Source: Trichoplax adhaerens
Lineage: Eukaryota > Animalia > Placozoa
Length of the DNA stretch: 64,000 nucleotides
Assembly (NCBI RefSeq): GCF_000150275.1
Contig: NW_002060943.1
Span: 5,042,008 to 5,106,007 of the forward strand
Direction of reading: 5' to 3'
Position numbers and translations under genes: made by a program. The notes under the pieces were generated by a model. The model did not search any database and was not told the DNA's origin. It saw only the letters and a list, made by a program, of their open reading frames with translations. Below, one piece after another: positions 57,983 through 64,000 of the stretch (its first letter is position 1; each line of letters starts with the position of its first letter).

Positions 57983-60900
57983 TAATGGAAATTAAGATAT
58001 GGTTAATGGCTATCAGTTAGCATTTTCGCTGATATAATATAACGCAAATTTTATCTACTTTTGTATCATACTTATGCTGTTGTAAAGTTGAAAACATGCT
58101 TAATAATTGAAGTAATTTTCAGGCGTTATTATTTCTATAACCAGACAAAGCGTATCGTGCACTGTTTACGAATACAGTATTTTATAACGATGATTTCTGT
58201 TGCTATAAAGGATACATAATTATTATTAACATTCGATATTTAATTACTCTTGAATTTGCCTAAAATAATATAATATTTCACGCTTTTAGATGAGAAACCA
58301 GCCTATATTATCTGCTATGTAAACATATTACTCTGCTAGGTTTTCTCGTAATTTGTTAATTACTTTTGTATTTTAGAACCATATTTTCAACAGTCGGTAT
58401 CAAATATACGTTATATCGAACTGAATCGGAATATAAAATAAAAACTAGTAATTGAGAGAGCTTACTATGGATAAATCTAACTTAGTAGACTGCAGTAGTA
58501 AAGTGTACTCAACTTGTGACTTCATAAGCTTATACCTGTAGATTTATCGTTATATCGATAGGTCAAGTAAAATGGGCAGACGATAATTTATTAAAATGCG
58601 TACTAACAAGGTAGAGTGCATTTCTAGACAGCGTTATAAATATATGATAAAATTGCTGTCTGTATAGTGGCAAACTGTCAGTTGTATAGTTTGTACGGAC
58701 ACAATTACGCAAAAAAGTTAACCTCTGGGCGTTTTATGGAGGCCTAAGTATTAGCTTACTTCCTAATTCTTGATAAAGTAACGCGCATGAAAACGTAAAT
58801 TAAAAAATTATGATCTTTTCTTATATGAATAGTGCTCCGGAAATGAGTTTCTAATTAATTGCAACAAACGTAGAAGTTCTGTACGTGGAACCGCAAGCAA
58901 TTAATTATATTGTATATCGAAGCTTAAGATACAATGCATTGTTCATAATGGAGAATTTTGACTAGCTGACGAATAGATATATGAAGATCGAATTTTTCGA
59001 GTGTACAATAATACACAACGGTCCATTGGTTGAATTACGAATTTATGATTCGGTAGCTTTAGTATATAGTAAAGCATTCTTTCTAATGAAATTACAGTAA
59101 ATTGAAACGCTAATATTTTTATATTTTGGCAATTTGTTTTGAATGCAGGATATGCTATCAATCACCCCATTACTTTCACTCTTACTATTCATAAAGATGT
59201 CTTTTGTATATATTCTTTCAGGCTATAGTGGGATACTTTAGCTATGCGTATGTGCTTTAAATTTACACGCCCAAATGCAAACAACTTCGAGACATCTTAT
59301 ACATTAATCCGATTATTAAACCAGTAATCACGATATATCATAAATTACTGCGTTATAAGGCAAAGTACTTGAGAATCAATAACGATAAATTTTGCTTTAT
59401 ATCCCGAAGCTATTCATTAAGTAATTATATGAGAGTATTCCGGTAAATCGAATGTCGGTAATAATTATATAATTGATCAGTTAACAACATTCAATGATAA
59501 TTAGAGTATGAAAAGTAAAAATTAATCTTTCAGTAATAGATTATCCATCCTACCAGTTTCTTCGAAAAAAATATTAATTAATAAATTTGATTCATGGAAT
59601 GATTAAATGAATTTCGCTTAAAAATATAATGTAGTCGTATTAGTTTTATAGTATATTTCAATAACGTCCAGCAAATGTACTGGGTAAGTTTTTACTAATT
59701 CCCTTGGCCAATCGGTACTTATGAAACCGTGGGTGATTTAAACTGCTTAGTAAAGTCACTATTTAACTATTTTTTAATTAGTTAGTGAGAAACTGATACA
59801 AAATTTCAATGGACGCTATAATTTCGGATATCCGCTTTCCCGCGATACCTCACTTCGATCCGGTAAATAATAAGTACTTGTTACTGTACGCCATACGAAA
59901 ATCCGTGGGTTCGCAAACTATGTGAAATGTCATGACTGCAAAATTTAGGGATCGTTAAAAACTGAAGTTTTACTTACTTATTAATACTCTTAATAAAACA
60001 GCTTAACTTTTTGTGTTTAAATAATAGATCGATATACTGGACAGTAAACAACAAATACATGATAGTATACTAGGGATATAAGGACCATCTGTAAATTATT
60101 ACAGTAATTGTAAGCGATAAGGATTATGCGAATTTAATAACGTTCATTATTGTTATTATAATACGAGTGAAAGAATAATGAAAATTTTCAATGTTTATTT
60201 CTTAAAACAACACGTGTGATCTTACGCTTTACGCAGATGTCAAGTCTACAGAATTAAGTATATCAAATCTTTTTAAAGAGGTCTATGTTTTGTTATAACA
60301 ATATCGTCCATAGAGACAAATTATTTTCTTACTATTCCAGTGCAGTGTTAGATTGTAAATAATTGTATATTTATGTACCCTAGCGTTACGTAAGGATTTA
60401 AAAGCCATCTCTTATGTTGCTCTGAATATCAAAGATGGCTAAGCTACCCTTAGAATGTATTCATCCTTACAACTACTGTAGCATAGAATCAATAATAGAT
60501 ATCTACTGAACATATACTATGTACGCGTATATTGGGATGAATCCAAGGGAAAAGATCACTTTGTTCTTCAATTTGACAACCGCAATAACAAAGTCTGAGA
60601 ACTTGAATTCGTTCATTGTACAGTTAGTATATTGTTTGTTCACTTATAATACTACATAGGAATACTTGTGAGTCAAAATTGCCCAAATATAAATTCATAA
60701 ACAGCATAGGCTGTTGAAAGATCCTTTCAAAGATATAGCTACTAATATAACAAATAATGGTTAAATCAAAAGTAAGAATTTAAGATTATTAAGTCTATAG
60801 TGTACAGATAATAAACTTGACTTATACAGTTCTAACGACAATATCATTGCATTATCTATGTTACTTGGTGTAAATACTACTTATGCTACTAAAGAATTTG

Positions 60901-61162
60901 AAGTACAGTCACTGCAGACAAGTAAATCACGATGATTCGATACGATTAAGATACAGCTTGTTATAGCAACAAATAAATGACTAACTTGTACGTGATTACA
61001 AATCGCAAAAAGTAGTTCGTACATATTCATTTCATTATGTTCACAAATGTGTTGTTCGCAGCAATAACCATTTGAATATTACAGCAAGACGTAAAAGTGA
61101 ACAAAATAATAAGTAACGCTTTTCCTACAAATAAAATGGATTCCTTTGACTGGGTAAACAAT

Positions 61163-62987
61163 TTACACAGACTCGTAACCAGCCCTAGCATTTCGGCGTC
61201 CAATAAAGTAAGCAACTATAACGATCAGTAGTAATCCAGCCAAAGCGGCACCGACAGCAATAGGGACAACATTATTCTTGGCTAAGTCGCTAGCACAAGT
61301 AAATTCTACGAGTGTATGAATATAAACGAAACGCGGACTATCAGTACATATACACGCACGTAATTTACATATAGTCAGACTAAATTTGACGTTATGGCTA
61401 ATTTAATTTATAACAAACCTGCTCCATACTTTTGGGCAAATGGCTGAATCTTGGCTTTCGAAATTGTAACATTAGCCATCACTTTCATACCACCCATGTC
61501 GTACATTGGTATAACTGATTTGGATACACATGTGTAGGATTCGTTTACTGGTGTACGGAAGAATACGGCAGTAGCGTTGGAGTAGACAATGCTCTTAGCG
61601 GCTATTTAAAAAATTTCAACATCATATATTAGGTCATTCCTAAACAGTCAATAAAAGCAACTCGTAAAAAAAATAAGCAAAGCAGCGTACGTTTCATTGC
61701 ATTGGGGAAATTCTTGTTATCATGAGTATCATAAGTGAATTTGATATTTTCTAACTCCCAAGCTTGGTTCTCCTTCATTTCATCTATTTCGCTATTTGGT
61801 TGAATAGTGCCATTAACAGCTTTCTGTAAATATTTAATCAAGTAGGTTACTTTAGTGATGTCGACAGAAGCGGGTGATGTAACCACGGAAAGCGATACTT
61901 ACTTCGATAAAAGTCATATTGAGAACATAGGCAGGTTTCCAAGTGATCCAGAAATGAATCATTTTGCTAGAACAGACACCACGGTAAGCATGGTTTGGCG
62001 GTAAATCAAAGGACGCAATTTTCTATAAGTAAGTTGAATATAAAAGTCATTTACAGATAGAGCGTCTTATAAATACACAATGGCGAAGATAATTATATTG
62101 ACCTTGCTAGACCCTTTAGCGAGATACATGACTTTAAAGGTTGTCTCAAAGATGGCCCTAAAGCAAATTTTACCGTCACGGTCTTTCAAGGTATAATTTC
62201 CTTTCGACAATGTAGGGGTAGGTGTTGGATGTTTAGGGGCTGTTGTCGGGTGACTATGCGTAGCAGATGACATTGGCGGTTCCATAGTTCCCGTGGCCAT
62301 GACTTCGTCCATATTGTTTTCATCTAATGCTATATCTTGGCCGTACAATACGGGAATAACGGCTAAGACAACTGTAAAGCAAGAGTATAATTATGAGATT
62401 TGAAATCTATTATTATCTTAGCGTCATGGAAGCATAGTACTTAAAAAGTCTTCAACTAAATCAACAGGGACATAAAATGATACGCATAGTATAAATGATT
62501 AAGACTAAGTCAATGTTCTCTATAGCAATGTAATATTATCCAATTTTTAGCGTGAAAATGTGACCATATTTTCTACTAAACCTACTACTGTATACCCAGT
62601 TAATACGGTATATTAAATACAATGGTATCGCATTAAAATAACTCAATGAAAAGATATACGAAACATATTTACTTAGATAAAGACAAAGAAATAATTCTGT
62701 GAGTCTAAATAATTATCTGCAACATTCATCAATTCATAATTGTAGAATTATAACGTAGCAACAATTCGAATGTGCCGCATGTGCTAAATTGCCAACACAA
62801 GTTAATATTAATTATTATATAACGAGTATCTTTCAAGATTTCTAGTAAAGTACACTTTTTAACCCAATCATAAATGAACCAATCAATGCAGGTCTTTTTT
62901 AAATAACCATTGCCTAGTTCATTGCGTGATTTCGTTGTATCGACGCCTAACTGACTCAATAAAAAATATACTTGAAGGGATTTTCAT
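61163..62987 (-). CDS. Lysosome-associated membrane glycoprotein (single LAMP domain), ~295 aa
   Basis: Exons (minus): 62987-62972 and 62696-62673 (both tentative, signal peptide), 62371-62103, 62022-61903, 61823-61691, 61601-61419, 61305-61163. Pro/Thr hinge, four LAMP-domain cysteines (KIC, GVC, SYTC, FTC), IQPF, TM VPIAVGAALAGLLLIVIVAYFIG, tail RRNARAGYESV* (GYxxPhi lysosomal signal). Confidence 0.88.
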
Positions 62988-63646
62988 TACGGATCATTCG
63001 ATGAATGCTGTTACAGTCCTGTAAATGATAGTCACAGGACTGTATATCAATGATCATCACTACTTTTAAACTCTTTCTGTAATGAATGACATGGACAAGA
63101 GATCGAAATGAGAAATCGACTGTCCATAGCTTGTTACTCTTGCTAGTACTTGCTAGTAACAGTGATTTATTGATGACCAATCAAGTATTCCAATTTTTAA
63201 AATTCAAAAACTAGTCAACCTCAACATTTTCTAAATCTTAATTTAGATCAAGTCTAATATGGTATACTTTTATTTAGAGGTACTTTTTAAAGCAAAACTA
63301 GTAAGCCAGGTGCTATTCCCATTACCTAATGTAAATCACAAATAGTAGTCGTTTTCTTGCTGAAACAGTATTATGAAATTGGCATCATGGTATTAGTACA
63401 AGCATTCTCCAATCGATCGTGTTGTGAAATCTGAAGTATTGGTAAGAAAAACTAGCTTGTGCTGATATGAACGACACTATTTATATTATAGCATCTCTTT
63501 TATGCGATGGAAAAATGGAATCGAATTCGGGTTCAATACAGAAACTGGATTACTTAATCTTTCATGAATAAATCAATGTAGTATATATATAATCCATGGC
63601 TTTAGCGATGATCGCGAGTCCAGCCAGACACTGTTCTTGGACATGA

Positions 63647-63652
63647 CACGTG
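63647..63652. promoter_or_regulatory. CACGTG E-box (CLEAR-like) upstream of the LAMP gene
   Basis: TCACGTGTC on the minus strand, adjacent to the repeat cluster upstream of a lysosomal gene. Confidence 0.35.
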
Positions 63653-63659
63653 AAAGGCG

Positions 63660-63875
63660 AAGTACTGTAGTATGGCCCGACACGCTGAGTACTGTAGTAT
63701 ATGGTACAGTGAGCACTAGAAGGCATCGGTCCAGTTTGCGTAACGGCGGGTCAACGAAATCACAGCGAACAGCAGGGAGGGCTCTACTGTACTGTACTGT
63801 ACTGTACAGTACAGTACTATAAGTTGTGCTAACAGACTACAGTACTACGCACTGTACAGTACAGTACACAGTGCA
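63660..63875. promoter_or_regulatory. TACAG/CTGTA repeat cluster upstream of the LAMP gene
   Basis: TACTGTACTGTACTGTACTGTACAGTACAGTAC and further copies; function inferred from position. Confidence 0.55.
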
Positions 63876-64000
63876 ATGTTGTCAAGTTCCAGATTTACGG
63901 CAATGAGAGTTGGTGTCTTTTTTTCACTGACCCATTTCATTGAAGTGGAATAAAATTGAGATCAATTTGTGCAGTCTATTGCCATCTATTTCTATGATTT

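Overview
AT-rich, intron-dense eukaryotic (animal) genomic DNA. Compact genes with short introns and canonical metazoan proteins suggest an early-branching animal such as a placozoan (inference only). I reconstructed nine spliced protein-coding genes by hand from GT/GC-AG boundaries and frame continuity: CDKL1-type kinase (-), hnRNP A/B/D-DAZAP1/Musashi-family 2xRRM protein (-), LRRC57 (-), three tandem SNAP-25 paralogs (+), YLPM1/ZAP3 (-), GPATCH2-like (+) and a single-domain LAMP (-). Main points of interest: (1) a SNAP-25 triplication in which copies 2 and 3 progressively lose the synaptotagmin-interface residues; (2) dense clusters of palindromic TACAG/CTGTA repeats at the 5' ends of the housekeeping genes, possibly a lineage-specific promoter mark; (3) gene neighbourhoods matching human linkages (LRRC57-SNAP23, LAMP5-SNAP25, YLPM1-GPATCH2L); (4) a 280-bp TIR element with TAC..GTA ends and a 6-bp TSD; (5) a GC-AG intron splitting the YLPM1 PP1-docking motif. 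Exon coordinates are manual and need RNA-seq confirmation.
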